From: Zygnema circumcarinatum SAG 698-1b
Taxonomy: Eukaryota > Plantae > Zygnematophyceae
Assembly: GCA_037447605.1 (NCBI GenBank)
Contig: CM074820.1
Coordinates: 1,364,001-1,428,000, forward strand
DNA length: 64,000 bases
Reading direction: 5' to 3'
The notes under the pieces were generated by a model. The model was not told the origin of the DNA. It did not search any database and saw only the letters and a list, made by a program, of their open reading frames with translations. The position numbers were made by a program, and so were the translations under genes. Below, piece by piece: positions 11,926-26,610 of this stretch. The stretch's first letter is position 1; each line of letters opens with the position of its first letter.

Positions 11926-14900
11926 TCAGTCACGGTCCAATGTTATGAGGAAGGTGCGGATTTCCATGGGGCCCAACTCTACCACTGGAGAGCCGTTGAC
12001 GTGAGGGCGACCCCGCAGAGGACGGGGCCCCTTCGTTGCAGAAGTCTCCCCTTCCACAGTCCACTGAAGGCGCTGCATCTCCGCTCGCTTTTGGTTCGCC
12101 GTGAGGTTCATCTCCTCTACGTCCTCGACCTGGTTGATAAGGGGAGAAACAATAAGAGCCTTCAATAGAAACTCAATGCACAGGGCTACTGCAATGCGAT
12201 GCAATGAAATGATCTGCTTTACACTTTCCTACGGGAAGCTCTGTTATTGATCTTGCTTAAGCGCCTGATGCATTCCCATTACTCTGAGAACACGTAGAGG
12301 CTCTTGGAAGTAAGGAAGGCAGCTGGTACGGACCTCAAAGTGCGCGAACACCTTCGACAAATCCACGGTTGCAAGTGTAGAGTACTCCGCATCTTCTCCA
12401 GCCTGCAAATGCAACGGAGACAATTGACGCTAAATAGAACGCTTTGTACAAACTAAGTCAAATGCATGCATTCCTCTCGGAAATGCGTGGACCAGTGCCA
12501 CCTTCTCCTGCCAGGTCTAGACCAGGCCATTGGAAAAAGCTCTTCAGAAAATGCTACGGTATTAGGAGCACACATGCAGATCACCGGTAGGACTACGAAG
12601 GGTAAGGGCTCCAACCTCGAAGATGTGTGCTAGGCGAAGTAGAATGCGCTTGTCTCCAAGCTCCTGCAAAGGCAAGGAGCAGACGAGCTTGCTTGCTAAG
12701 CCATCGGTCAGGCCAAATATTAATGGCAATTCCTGCCTTCTCAAAATTCCTGTTCATATTTGAGGGGCGTCGCATTCCCTACATCCCCAATAACTTGTCG
12801 AATACATATGTAGAGGCTTGTACGGTTGACATACCTGTAGGGTGATGATGGCCACATTTGGAGGCAGCTCATATCCTTGAGAGGCCGAGAAAGTTGTCAC
12901 ATGATTATCTATCCATGTGTTCTCTCCTCCTTCCTGCAAAGAAATGGTTAGAGAATATGAATTGACAGGAAAAAATTATAAAAAAATGTACTTCCTTTCC
13001 TAGGGTATATATTCAAGGTACCCAGATCCTACGTCTGCAACAATGGTCGTCTGAAGCTTTGAGTATGCAGCATGCTTCCACCTAAGTTTACATGACGAGC
13101 TACTGAGACTGCTGCCTCACCTGCACAGCAAATGCTAGCTGTAAAGGAACGAGCACGCGCTGAGCTTGAAGTCGGCGCCATCGAGCTGCTTCAGCTCTGG
13201 GATTCAGGCTCACATAGAACTTCCCGGTTACCTGCATCCTCTCACCATTTGCACTAAATGCCAAGCAAGCAAGACATGCTGCCTTGATGGCTTTGGGAGA
13301 GAGAGAGAGGTGGCGGAAATACACGAGAGACAGCTTTTAGAGCGCGATCCTCAAAAGCTTGACCTCTATTGGGATTGAAACGAAGCAGTGTACGGAGCTT
13401 TGCCCCTCACAATTGGGGGCAGGGGGGGGGAGCAGATGTGAGAGAGGCTCACAGAGAGGCCTTGGCAGCGAGGGGGGCTTCCGACGCAGACCGTCTCATT
13501 CAGGGCCTCTCCAACACCTTTATGGTCATCATACAGAAGGCGTCTGCACAAAGAATATGCAATGTTTATTGAATGACAGAACAGAGGGAATGGTAAAAGG
13601 ACCCTCATGGAGCAAATGTCCCACCATTTGGTGAGGACGGAAACTCTATGAAATACGGTAACAACTATGTGGAATCCAAAAAAGTGCAGAGTACATCCGA
13701 ATGACCCTTAACTTACTCTGACTTGATTCTAGCAATCTCGCTTGTGGCTATTGGTTGGTATTGCATATACACAACTATGACAATATACCAAGTCTGACAG
13801 TGCATCCAAAACTGCGATAAACTGCCACTTTTGATTGCTGGACTGCTCAAATCGATATCGGCATTGCGCAGTCGCTCAGTCTGACTGTATGGCATGTAGC
13901 GGATAGACGTTGGGTTGCGTGACCCTTCTCTTAAAAAGATCTTATCAATGAGAATTGACGATGAATATGAATATGAATATGACTCTTTGTGCCTGCGTGG
14001 GATGAATTTCGTTTGGCGAATTCCGAGGACAGGAGAGGACAAGAAGATCGCAACAACTGTGGTACATGTCTAAGATGCAGATTAAGCATGTGCAGATATC
14101 TATGAATAATTCACCGAAAAGTCAACCCCCACCTGTGCAGCATGAGCTCCAACTCCCCATCGCGCAAGCTTGTGGCTCCAATTGAGCGGTCCACAACTAT
14201 GGAGAGGTCGCTGAGGCCATCACTCAGATAGACCCCTGCATTCACCTGCATGGGCATCAGCCTTCCGACATTTCAGTAGAGAATAGCGATTCAGGCCCGA
14301 ACATAGCGTGCAAACAGTAAGTGCTCTGTGGTGACTTAAGAGGTTGACCTTAACTCACCGGGTAATAGTTTCCAGCAACTGGATCTGTAACATTCAGCTC
14401 CCAATCACTGCGATAATCAACCACCTGTCGAAAAAGCGGAAGAGGTGGAGGAAAAAGAAAAACGAGAGAGAGATAGGGAGAAACGACGAGAGAGAGGGAA
14501 GGTGAGGCTTGTGGCTGATTTTCGGACAAAAATGCAGAGTAGAAGTGAACATATCAAATGGCACTCTTAGCTCTGAAAATTCTGGGCGATATTGCAAGTA
14601 AATGCACCAGCCATCTAACTGGAACAGGTCGGATACATTCGTAGTACATGCGAACTTTTCATACAGACATTCGCTTAGCCTAGATAATACTTTTATGTGT
14701 TCTCAGAAAAATGAACATTGCTTGTTAAGTTTTCCCTTCTGAAACCAAAGCAAGGGTCGTGCTTGCTCTCTCAATATGGCTGCTTATGCTCACACGCTTG
14801 AGGTAATCTCGGCCGTTGGAATCCGTATAGAAAGTGCGATTGCTGGCTATGTTGGTGCTGAAGCGGGTGATCACTTCTTTGCCCAAGTCATCATCGATGG

Positions 14901-17900
14901 GAATGGGTCCCAGCTGCAAAACAGCCCCCGTTTCTCAGACAGTAAAACACATGCCGCTTCTGCTGTTCTTCACCCTTTACGGCTAGAATAAATGACATAG
15001 GCAATGCAAAATAAAAAGAAAGAAACTTTGAAAAAAAGACGAAAGGCCAGTTACACAAGACTGTCAGAGCAGCAGGTCCACCACGGAGTAGAAAAAATGC
15101 AAATAGTCTCAAGAAATGAAACCGCTTGCCTTGAAATTCTCAGTAAGTTCCAAGTTCCAAGTTCATTCTTACCGTGTAGTGGACTTCAGCATGTGAGGAG
15201 TCGCGGAACATGCGCACCACCTGCAGGGCCACAGTCGAAACCCCCCAAGAAGCATTTGTACATACAGATAGCAGAGTTTTAGAATAGACTGCCTTGTACG
15301 ATAGCCATCCGTTCTGGAAACCTGATCCACGACAGACATTAGTTTTTTTGTAGTCAAACCGACTGGATGAACACGCCATTGAATGAGTTATCTTGTATGA
15401 AGCGTCTGGTTTGTAGAAGAAAAATTAACCTGCGAAGCCCATCCAAAGCGTTGATGCACTTCCTCCACAAGTGGGCCACGTACAACACTCAGTGGCACCT
15501 GTAAAGAGCATTTTCCCTTGCATTATAATCAGTGAACCAGGGAAGGAAGCCAAAGGAAATGAGAGTCCAGATTCAATGATCAATCATACAGACCCCCTTT
15601 CTTCAAAGGGGCCGAACCTTCGAAAGTAATAGGATGGCTTCACTGAGACCTTCAACTCACCGGATTGCTGTCACTCCAAATTGGAAATGTATCCGAGCTG
15701 TTGGGCCGGAATATGTAGGCTCCAGAAGCCTGCAAAAGTACATCATGGGCAACGGTTATGAACCTTCAAACAAGGAGGCTTTTTCTCTATGCAAAATCTG
15801 TATATGCAAGTTACCGCTTCTCACATGTTCAAACTTACGAGGTTCAAAGGCTAGCAGTTATTGTCATGGCATTTGCCCTTACCTGTGGACCCGCTTCAAT
15901 GCCATTACTCGCATTATACCAAAGGTAGCCATGGTCCACTAACGTTTCAACCTGCACCACCGAAATGAGGCTGATATCAGAGATATACCATGCCATATTC
16001 CACGGCTCCTCCAAAACTGCCATCGTCTTCTATCACACGCTTTTGAATGCAACCGAAAATTGTTTCCTGCACTTTTTGGCACAGTAGAGTCGATCATGTA
16101 TTCAATCGGAAGTAATCGGAAATCCTTTCTCAAAAGTATGCAGTTATTTTATTTCTCTATGAATGGATGTCAAGAAATCTCACCCCTGTCAAACCATTCG
16201 ACATATGGCTCAGCCGGCCAGTATCTTTAGAGAAAGTCAGCTGCATGCCATTTTTTCCGCCAGTTACGCTGACTGTCTCCACCGAATCGCTTAGGTCCTC
16301 TTCCGTCGCCACTTCAGCAGCACCTTCATCACTCAATCCACACAAACAACTTCCATTTTGGTTCCATTTCTTGAGTAGAAAATCTTACGCTGAGGTAACT
16401 CAGATTCATAAGTGGACGTTCGTCCTTGCTCCCTTCCAATCAAATGATCAAATACTTTGATAGATACACTTAGAATTTTCCATACATGTGCACCCCCACA
16501 AGTAAGAGTGGTGAGGCACCTTCTGAGCCCGGTGGGGCGGGAGACACAAAGTAGGTGCTGAATCCCAAGGGAAGCACCTCTATTTCAAAGTGGAGGTTAT
16601 ACTTTGCAAGCCGGTCTCTGCCAGCCGTTGGCCCGCCATGGGCCTCCATGTAAAAGCGGCGCATTTCGGGAGAGTGATGCTTCAAGGGAGAGATTTGGGC
16701 AAGCAGCGAGCTACCCCGAGCATCTCTAACAGTGAGACCCTCGTGCATCACCTGCAAACGGAGGGGCCTTATGAGACAATGAAAATGCTGGAACAGGTGG
16801 TACAAGTTTGGGTTTTGTATCACAACAGCCAAGTATTGCAAAAAGAATGAACAAAGAAAGCTGCAACTCTCACCGGGAGAGAGATGATCTCCTTCCGCGT
16901 CCAAGTCAGAGGGTTATAAGCAACCACTACCTGCAGGGAGAACAATACAGCGAGCATCTTCGTTTTGCTGTTACTGTAACACGATTCCATGCAAGGGGAA
17001 ATTCAGTATGGTGCAAAGTTCTAATGCCACTCTGGGTGTAGCATTCAAAGCACAACCGCTGACTATGCCCATGAGCTAACCCACGGTAAAGAAGCGAGCA
17101 GCAATAGCTCTTCTTCGCGAAGATACTGCGTGAGAGAACAGCTATTTGGTGTAGTTAAGGATGGCAAGTTTGAGCAGAAGACTTACCAGAGTCTTGCCGC
17201 TGGAAAGATCCACCTGGGTTGCCGGGCAGTAGCTGATATTTAATAAACCACACTGCAGAGAACAAGGAATTATCGTCATGGCAAAAAAGGCACTATGGGG
17301 CTGGTAAGCCATTGAGCTCAAATAACAACCTTTGAACTATGAATACGTAAAGCTACCAATGAACGAAGTCTGCCAAAGAAGCCAAACCAACTGTACAGCC
17401 AAGCAAGCTGACCTGGTCCTCTTTCTTTCATGTCAGATACAGGAGGAGGCTACATTCTTACTCGCTCAAAAGTTGGAGACGTCTCAGGCATCAGCAAAAT
17501 ATTCTGGGAATCTGTCTCCATTAGCATTGCACGCTCTCGTCGAGTGCGCTTTTGCTTATTTGACCTTGTCGCTTGCGTCTGATCTAAATTCTTTGTAAGA
17601 ATAGAAATTGCTCCAGTGAAGACATCTGTCGCCTGCGGAAGCCTCCACTGCATTGATTCAGTGCTTCAAAACTGAATCTCCATTATAGTAGCAACTTTTT
17701 CTCATAGTGCTTGTTCCTTCCTTGCCCACCTGCATTCGGCTTGAGTATTTGACGTGCCTATCTCTGAAGCACGCACCTCTACTTCTCCCTTGTAGAGCCT
17801 CTTGGAGTAGTCATTCGCAACATGTTGCCTCTGTGTGCCAGCAACTGCATCGTGGTGCTGAACAATGGCCATGGCTTTCTCTAGAGCATCAGTTGTGGGC

Positions 17901-20900
17901 CCACCGCTCCGTCGCCCAGTGAATGCCTCAAGCTGTCTCACCGCCTGTCACATAAGTTTGTGCATCCCAAACTGCTGTCAGGATGGCGGATTCCGTCAGG
18001 ATTATAGCTTGTAGTGTTCTTTCCCTTTCTAACTGAAAGAAATGAATGTTTAATAAGAAAATGGAGACAGAGCGAAAAATGAAAAGGAACCACCTGCAAG
18101 AATGCACCGGATGACCGCACATAGCCCTTGAAAGTCGGCCGGCTTGTGAAGTAACCAGTCCAAAAATTATGCGCATCGTTAGCGTACCTGCAGAAGCATG
18201 CACAACATGTGAGCTGTAGACCTCACAAGTTATTTACCATGTCCCCTTCTCGGAATGATGATTAAAAACTTTTGGTTTTGCATCAGTGAAAGCTCTTGCA
18301 TGTGAACCAGTACCATCACGGTAGATCTTCTGAATTTGCATTTAGATAGGCATCTCACAACGAGAGGATAGCAAACTATACATATATTGGCAAGCAAAGA
18401 AAATGCTAGCTCATGATAGAATTGCCCATTTCATTAGCTATTGTGACAGTTGCACTCAGGGAAGACTTTTCACATCCTGTTACAGACAGGATGTTGCCTA
18501 CCTCCTGCTTTGCAGTGCTTATGGTGACTTCAATTCTCTCTACAATTCAAATAAGCTACATACCAGGAATTCATGCAATAGTCAAAAAGTGCCTACGAGA
18601 CTCTCACCACCTTTTTTTTATCTGAATTCAATCGAAGCAAAGAGTATTGTCCTTTTTCAGTCGATTTCTAACACTAAACAGTAGACTAGTACGTGTGTAT
18701 ACTTAAATGACAAGGCCTCTAAAGAAGAAGGCCCTTACTCCGAGCTGGTCTATGCCGTTATGGCTGCCAGAACACACGACAACCATAAAAAAATGGGGGG
18801 GGAAGTTCTAGTTGAGTAAAGGATATGACTCACGGAAAGAAGTCTCCAGTCTTTAATGGCCAAGTCTCTTTCGCAGCGTGCTTTGCCCGGACGTACAGAG
18901 TAGGAGTGGAGTAGAATGCATTCACGCGTCCGTCCTGATAGCACCATCCATTCAAAGCACCTCTTTATTGGCGCAAATTGACGAGGTTGAAAGGGACAAG
19001 GGAAGTTCATTATAGACGTCAATAGAGTATGGCGTTGAGCTGAAAGATTATACAACGGCCAGAATACAGCAAACAACAGCCTGAAATCTCCTATTTTCTA
19101 TTAGGCTCCGCCTAAATAGTAGAATTTGCAGTAATGTAGTGTAATGTCCAGCAGGCTGCATATTTGAAACATCAATAAAATCGTATGTTGACTCCCTACC
19201 CTGCAGGTTTTGGTTTCATTATTACGATTGTAAGGATCCGCAGACCCTTGCACCTAAGCTGAAGCCAAAACGGTCATAAACCTTAAACGAATGCTGCTTG
19301 CTCGTTTCTTGGCCAAGAAATTCCGCAAGGTAAGGTGCTAAAGACAAAACCAGTTTCCTAAGCTTCCTAACATAAATTCTTGAGCTTCTGAACGCTTTCT
19401 TTCACTGAATTTTCCCTTGAGGACAGTCTGATATACCTGATTGACATAGTGAATCAGCTTGTCCATGTTCTTGAACCATGTCTGGGCGTTCCCATATGCG
19501 AAATCCTCGCCCATTGCCCACATTATGTGACTCGTCCGAAACTGTTTCGCCTGCAATCGACAAAAAAGTCAAAAGCTCCATCACAATGCCAGGATTTATC
19601 GAACCTCATTTAACAAAAGGAGATCTTCATGCTCACTGCAACCTATTCAACGCTGAAGTAGCTGACAACATCCATCTGTGGCACAACATTTTGTGCCAGA
19701 AACTGCTTTTGTCACGCAGCAACAGAGCAGCATCCACCTGCTCCTGACAGGCTTCCACGAATGCATTAACACGCTCCTCTACATTCATGTCATCCAAAGA
19801 GGGATCATCCTGCAAAACAAAAAAAGGTGACTTTGATAGTTAACACAATGCTCATCGTCTTAACAGAATGCACTTGCGAGAAACAAGATTGCAAGGACAT
19901 GGTCACTATGCTCATTATTCTTCCTGACAACAATGAGGCAATTCACAACAATTGAAGTCGATAGTGCTTGCCTGAATAGGAGGGTCCGGATTGGCAGCAT
20001 CATAACGAAAGCCCTCGGGAGGATCATAGTGGTGATGCATAGCTCCTCCAAAAACCTGCAGATTCAAAGGCACCAATGGTGTGAGCCACGACGATATAGA
20101 AAGGCGAGTTGTTTAATCCCATCACAAGGATGAAAAGCTCCAGCTTTTCATGCCTCGATCAAAAAGAGACAAGGAAAAATGCGTCCACCAGACTTCTTTC
20201 CAAAAGCAGTTTTTCTCATCAGCTCGAGAAATTCTGGATAATGTACCTCTGCCGATTCACCCAAAGTGGACGAGGCACGCCAGACGAATTCCATTGTTTG
20301 ATCCTTCCGCCGCTTCGCCAAATCTTGCCAGTCTGCTCGAGCAAAGAAAACTGCATCCATACCCGCCTGTAGAAGCAAAAAAAATTGCTTTTCAGCACAG
20401 TTACCTGCGAAGAGCTGTCCATTGTACAATAGAAGCACCAAGAAATGACTGCACGCTCTTTAAATCAAGGAGGAGCAAGAAGATTAATCTAATTTTTTTG
20501 CTGCACCTGAATGGAGACATAGCTACTCAGCAGCATGAGTCAGCTGAGCATCTCAATCAAAATCACGAAACAAATGAAAAGTGGAGCTGCAGGTGGCTAC
20601 AGCACAGAAATAAATGCTTTTTTCATAGGGAGAACTGTAAGCATTGTGTGTTTTCCTCGGCCACGATTGCTGTTTCCATGTTTGGGGATGGCATGAAAGG
20701 CCAGGCCTTTGTCTAACCTCAGCAGTGAGCAGATATGCTTGTACAGCAGAATGCCCAAATGGGTCGAGTTGAAATGAGACACGTGGAACGACATCAAAAT
20801 GCTCCTTTAGGAATCGATGACCGAGCGTAGTCTGGTCAATCATGTCGACGTAATGTGTTGTCGCCTCATCATGCATACAATAACCTCCGTTACTGCAACC

Positions 20901-21998
20901 GCCCAAATCAGAAAATAAATCTAGAAGTTTAAAAAAAAAAAGTCTTGGGAATGCATTAAGCTCCAGACCAGCATTGCGACATTTAGCATTTTTTGAGCTT
21001 GTCCTCTGCCGAAAAACTCGCACACAAAAACTTGTTACTTAACTTCTGGCATCTGAAGGGCTCATCACAAATGAATAAAGGTGCATGCAACTAAATGCAC
21101 ATGAAGCAAGCCTTTAGAAAGTACTCCAAGGCTAGCAATAGGTTTAAGGAGACCTCTCCTAAACGATAACCCAATTAAGATTTTGGTCAGACATTCTACA
21201 AGCATCATTTGCAAAGAACGCAAAGAAGTCATGCGGCAGATGCTCAACAAATAGCCAAATCACGTTTCCTGTAAACATAACCCCATTGGACAGAAAGTGT
21301 CGGTAACAACGCTGCCCACCAGTTAGCACTAAAAATTTAACCACTTCCAATCGACTCACATGAATTCCAGCTGACCATCCCGAATAAGCTTTCTCACTGC
21401 TTTCTGTGTGCGACGAGTCTGTTGCTTCCACCACCGTTCAAAGAAAGCCTGTCCATAAATAAAAGAAAAAGTGAACAGGCGAACTCATTACGCAGCTGTA
21501 CGCGGAGACAGATTAAAAAACCGCTAGAACGCCACCTATTGGCGAAAAAGGAACAAGGAACGAGCGGGCACTGTCAATACCTGCTCCACATAGATGAACT
21601 TGCGGTCCGGATTTTCCAGCAGCTTTTCTACCACGGTGTCCAAAATGTATTGCACACCTGCCACCTGCATCACGAGCACACATACTGTCCCTGAGGGTGC
21701 GCGGCTACACTTTAAGGACGAAGTAGAGCCTGAATGCAGATATTAATCATAACAAATAATGTTGCGCGCTCACCTGAATGGAGTTGTTGGAGCCAATGTA
21801 ATACTGGTCCACTGTCTTCAACCAGCCCACATCATCGTGCGTGTGAGGCACGAGATGCACATTGATCTTGCCATCAACAACGCCTGCTCGCGTATTGTAT
21901 CCCGGGCAATATCCCCCGTCACAGAAAGCAGCATGCACTCCATAGAGCAAGAGCAAGCAGGCGCGCAGGAGGCCTGCAAGGCGCAGCGAGGAAGCCAT
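11926..21998 (-). CDS. Glycoside hydrolase family 38 lysosomal/vacuolar alpha-mannosidase, secreted, more than 20 exons
   Basis: Signal peptide [23 protein letters not shown], then [24 protein letters not shown] (Zn ligands), [16 protein letters not shown] (nucleophile), WAMGEDFAY and [22 protein letters not shown]-terminus [19 protein letters not shown] (TGA 11926-11928). Confidence 0.96.
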
Positions 21999-22043
21999 GG
22001 CGAGGAGCTCCAAGCGAACCAACAGCCCAGCAAGAAAGCTCGC

Positions 22044-22196
22044 TTTATAGGGTGGGTCTCTATTCAAGGTCCCCTCTTGAGAGAAAACCAATGAAAAATC
22101 GCCACGTGTCCATATCTGAACACGTGTCAGTTTTTTATTGGAAAAATGTTTTCTTGAAGTCTCATCTGGAGGGCTTCCAAAGAAGTCGGCCACGTG
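22044..22196 (-). promoter_or_regulatory. Putative alpha-mannosidase promoter: TATAAA plus three G-box/ABRE-like CACGTG motifs
   Basis: Minus-strand TATAAA at 22044-22049, 46 nt upstream of the ATG. CACGTG at 22103, 22121 and 22191; CCAAT at 22088. Motif match only. Confidence 0.5.
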
Positions 22197-23063
22197 GCGC
22201 TTTGACGGCGTTGACACTTGGCGTGCTGCCTAATTTTCAAGACCCAGAAAATTGGAAAACGTTTTACGGGCACATTCGTACGAAATGTGGCCAAGCAAAG
22301 TATTACTGTACACAGTATTATTGCTTCGTGCCGTCCTCGTCTAGAAGCATTTGGAAATTCCATGGAGGATTTTTCCGGGGCTAAAAAAATCTCGTTTATA
22401 AATCGCTATGTCGGGCAGGATGAGACGTTTTTTATCTGCCCGTAAATTGCGGGCGGCTAGGCGCGCCTACGTGGCGGACGCGGGCGATGATGCGGCAGAT
22501 TTGCTGCCCTATCCACCGTCCCGGGGAGAGGAGTCAAATTTTAGGTACAATTTGATGGGGTCAGCCAATTAAACATGCCACGTAAGCAATATGTCCACGT
22601 GACGAACTATGATTGGACGAGGTTGGGGATACTGAAGTAAAGGATAGGACCGACGCCTATAAAATCTGAATACTAACCGTTCCAAGGTTTACGAAAACCA
22701 GGATTCTATTCTGACCGTTTCGCAGGGCACCTTTGAAGTTCGTACGTGGCAGACGGCTATTGGAGAATTGCAGCGTGCTTTTTTCTTAGACTTCCGACCT
22801 CCAGCAGGGCAGGAAGAAATATTACATTTTGTATTTTTTGCGGTTGTCCTTTTCAGTTTGTTACAAAGCGGCGCGCAAAAATAACTTTTTCGCATGATAA
22901 CGGCCCTTCAAAATTCGAGATATTGTTTACCCAGTTTCAGTCCGAGTTCACGCGCCGTAGAACTGGAACATGGACCCTTTGAGCGGAGGAGGGGCGGGGG
23001 CCAGAATCCCTCCCCCCACTCGCCTTCCAACATTAGGTCACCGACTGAGGGAAAGGGCCCGCC

Positions 23064-25410
23064 ATGGCTCCTCCTCCTCCTCCCTCTCCCAAAGACCGGG
23101 ACGCCTCTCCCTCCCCCCCTCCCTCCTCGGAGAAAGAGCCTCGCAGCCGCCACAGGAAGCACCGGCGTCAAAGGAAGAAGCGCCGTGTCTCGCGCAGCCC
23201 TGACAGCAGCAGCGACGAGCCGGCGAGTGAGAGTTGCAGCAGCTCAGATGGCGAAAACGGTGGGAGTGGTAGCAGCAGAAGGAGGCGTAAGGCTGAGAGG
23301 CGGAAAAAGCGGAGGTATGTGGGAGTGTATGGTGATGTCTGTGTCTTTGTTCTTGGCGAGAGTCTGGCTTGATTTTGGTATATTTGGTGGCTGATAAGGC
23401 TTAGAAGTCAAGCCACGGTTTGAGGAATTAGTTGTGGTACTTGGAATGGCCTGGCCTAGTATGGCTCGGTTGTAAATGTGTGTTCGGCGGAGGCAGTGCA
23501 CTGGCCTTGTGGATGAGGTTTGAGGGAAGCAGGTCATGGCACTGGTAAGAATGTGACTCTAAGGCCAGAGCGCTGCTATACGTTAGACGTTGGTGAACGA
23601 TGCTTCTTGTGTTCAGTTTTTGATTCGTTTTGGGATGATTCCGTATGTACTTTTCGGACCATCTGCCATTTAGATCAGTTGATTAGTTCTAGTGTGATTC
23701 TTAATCCGTTGCCGCTGGTCTGACTTAGTTTCCTAAATGTTGCAGGGACGATGATAGTGATAGTGACACAGACAGTGAAAGCGATAGCGAGGATGAGCCC
23801 CGCAGGCAAAAGAAGGTCAGTGGCGCACTGTGAAGGGGCTGGTCGGATTTCACGATTTATGCTTTAAGATCTGAAGAACAGATTAGCATGTCGCAGCTTT
23901 GTCTGTTTGTGGGATAGTTGTAATTGCTGTATATCATCGATGTGCGTTACTCGCACATTCTTTTCAGCGTGTTTCCTCACGATCCCTCACTTTCAACCTT
24001 TGCTTTGCTTACTCTTGGATTGTACTGGTTGACATTTTGGCGAGCTTAAGGGCATGTGGGAAGATAACCTAAAAGTCTGAGTCTGTTTGATTTCTGATGC
24101 GCTTGTGGATTGGTTTTTGGAATCGGGAGGGCCGGGGCTGAGGACGGGCCTTAGGAGAAAAAAAGCCATTCGGAAAAAGAGAAGGGGCGCAGCAGTGACA
24201 AGAAGCACCGGCGGGAGCGGTCTCGGCACCACAAGGTACATACTTAGCAGCGATGACTGCAGTCTACCGGTGACTTAGCTAGTTGTTCCTGCCATTTCCT
24301 TTGCTGGCTCTGCCAATTGGCTGTTAAGAATGCTTGAAACTAAAACGACTCAATGTACTGATTGTTAGGGTGTCTCGTTCTGTTGTGGCTTTGCTCGTGC
24401 TTGGGTGCTTTGAACCGTCCGTCATTGGAGCTGCCATATGGCAACTCTTTTCGATTCGATTGGGCACGGCGGCCCTTGGGAGGCTTGCTGAGGTGAACCA
24501 GAAATCTAAAAGTCGAGATGGTGATGATTCCTCTCCTGGCCCAGTGCAGCTGTCCAAGGTGAGGTCTCTATGTTCAGTCTCCAAATCCGCTCCTTGCATC
24601 AGTCTTAGTTGATCGCATACGCTCCAGCAGCTTTATTCATTTGAGGGTGTTCTGTAATCGGTTAATTCCATGGAGAACGTTAAGATATTTCCTTCGTCAA
24701 CACATCACGATCTTTCCTTTCTCTTTTGGCTGTTGAATCCCTTGGTCATGTGATATCGTTCTTCTCGGACTGTTTGACAAGTTGTGGGCGTCTGCGCTTT
24801 CTTTGGCCTTACTTGATCTATGAGTTTACTTGTATGGTTGGCAGTTCCTGAAGAAAGACGATGCTGCCCGTCGGAGTGTCATCTCTGGGAAGAAGGTATG
24901 TTGTCTGCTTTTGACAGAAGTCGTTCATTTTCTTTTACGAATTGCTGGTCATTGATATGTGTTGTCGTTGGTTTGCATTCTCTTCCGAGGTCGTTTTTGT
25001 TGTCTTGCTGTCGCACGCATCTGCAATATCGTAGAAGTTACCTTCACAGCATACTACCGATGATCTCAGCCTGTTTGTTTTCCAATCTGCACGTTCCTAT
25101 TGTATAATCTTAGGATTCATGGATTCCTGAAATTTTGAATTATAATTTTCACTTAAAATTTTCGATTAGTCTTCTTGAAACTGGAGGCAAAGACTCCCTA
25201 TCTCGCCCTACGATTTATCCATGCGGTCAATCCCACGCATGCCCGATCAAACCGTATTGTACGAAAAATGGATGTGATTCATGGAATACAACTGGTGTAT
25301 TTTGCTGTGTTCTTCAGCTTCAATTGAAGGTGGAAAAGACGAAAGAAGATAAAGTTGCAGAGGCCAACAGAAGCAGGCTGCTTCGTTTTTTGAACGCAAG
25401 TTACGACTGA
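23064..25410 (+). CDS. Low-complexity RS/acidic nuclear protein with a conserved plant C-terminal motif, about 6 exons
   Basis: Starts MAPPPPPSPKDRDASPSP...RKHRRQRKKRR, followed by a DDDSDSDTDSESDSEDE exon and an HSEKEKGRSSDKKHRRERSRHHK exon. Spliced C-terminus PGPVQLSKFLKKDDAARRSVISGKKLQLKVEKTKEDKVAEANRSRLLRFLNASYD* (TGA 25408-25410). GT-AG junctions stay in frame. Confidence 0.8.
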
Positions 25411-26610
25411 GCGTGGAGATTCAATCACGTATCATACATCCTGTCTCTCTCCCTCTCTTCCCGTCGTGTCCTCCTCTCTAGAGGTGAAGGGACAACCGCC
25501 GTAGAGTAAGCAGCTTCGTTTAAGTGCCCTCGTTTTTTCATTCTCGTGTTGTGCGGTTAACGGAAAGCTCGTTTGGGCTGGAGCACAATAGGATTCTTTA
25601 TGCTCTTTATGTTCTTTATGCGCACATGGGGTTCCGGCATCATAAGCTCGGGATGACATTGCTACTATGACCTGTTTCATGTGGAACAGAGGCAATTTGG
25701 TGATTCTGTCTCTTGTGGCAGGTCGGTCCATGCCCTCCTTTTGAAGTCTAGTACACGTGACCATGATGCCCTTTACCTTCACTGAGCTTTTTTGGGTTTA
25801 GAAGTGCAGAGTCTGTTCTTGAGTACCCGATGTAAGCTTCACCTCGCATGATTACTGCAACAGAAAGCTATGACTCAAGTTACAGAATCTTCAATCAGGC
25901 ATAAGGGCGCAACCCAGACGGTTTGAACAATCATTTAAATGCTAGAAGGTGCTTTTTCTGTCACGTATCGATGATTTCCGTTTATGTTCTATTCTTAAAA
26001 AAACAGACTCGCAATCACAAGCAGGATGACAACCGCAATTGCAAGCACAAAAACAATCGTGATTGGAATTGGAAGGCTCCCTAAGGTAAGTTCATGAAAG
26101 GCACTGTCTGGAAATAGGTGCGGTCTCGCTTACAGACTCGTACCTGACGACGCGTTCCTTTTCACCTCGTCGGTCCATCATGTGGCGCACACCAAGAGGA
26201 TGGTGGTGGCTAATCTCTTTAGACAGGACTGCAAATGCGTACCCGTTGAGGGTATCATTGAAATGCAAGACCCAAGTAGAGCTCGCCACGTCGGACAAAA
26301 TGCATACGTGGAAGCCTGGGATTGGCCCAATGAGAACTCTATTAACTTCCGCGAAGTCGACTTTATCAAGGGCCACTCTGAACAGCATTGGAGACTCCAA
26401 CCTCGATAAAGGCACTAAGCAGCAATAGTAATAATTATTACTACAATGTCGCACAAATTACAAGATCTCGATTCAAAAAATAATTAAGCGTCGGGGATTG
26501 CGAATTTGCAATGGAGAGATTCGAACTGGCGACCTCCAGCAACGTGACGTGACGACGCAAGAAGACAACACTAGCCGCCAAAAATATGGTACAGCACAGC
26601 AGCAACCTAC

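Noticed and set aside
26500-26600. tRNA-like B-box on the minus strand (GGAGGTCGCCAGTTCGAATCT)
   Set aside because: The T-stem does not pair, and there is no convincing A-box, anticodon arm or acceptor stem.
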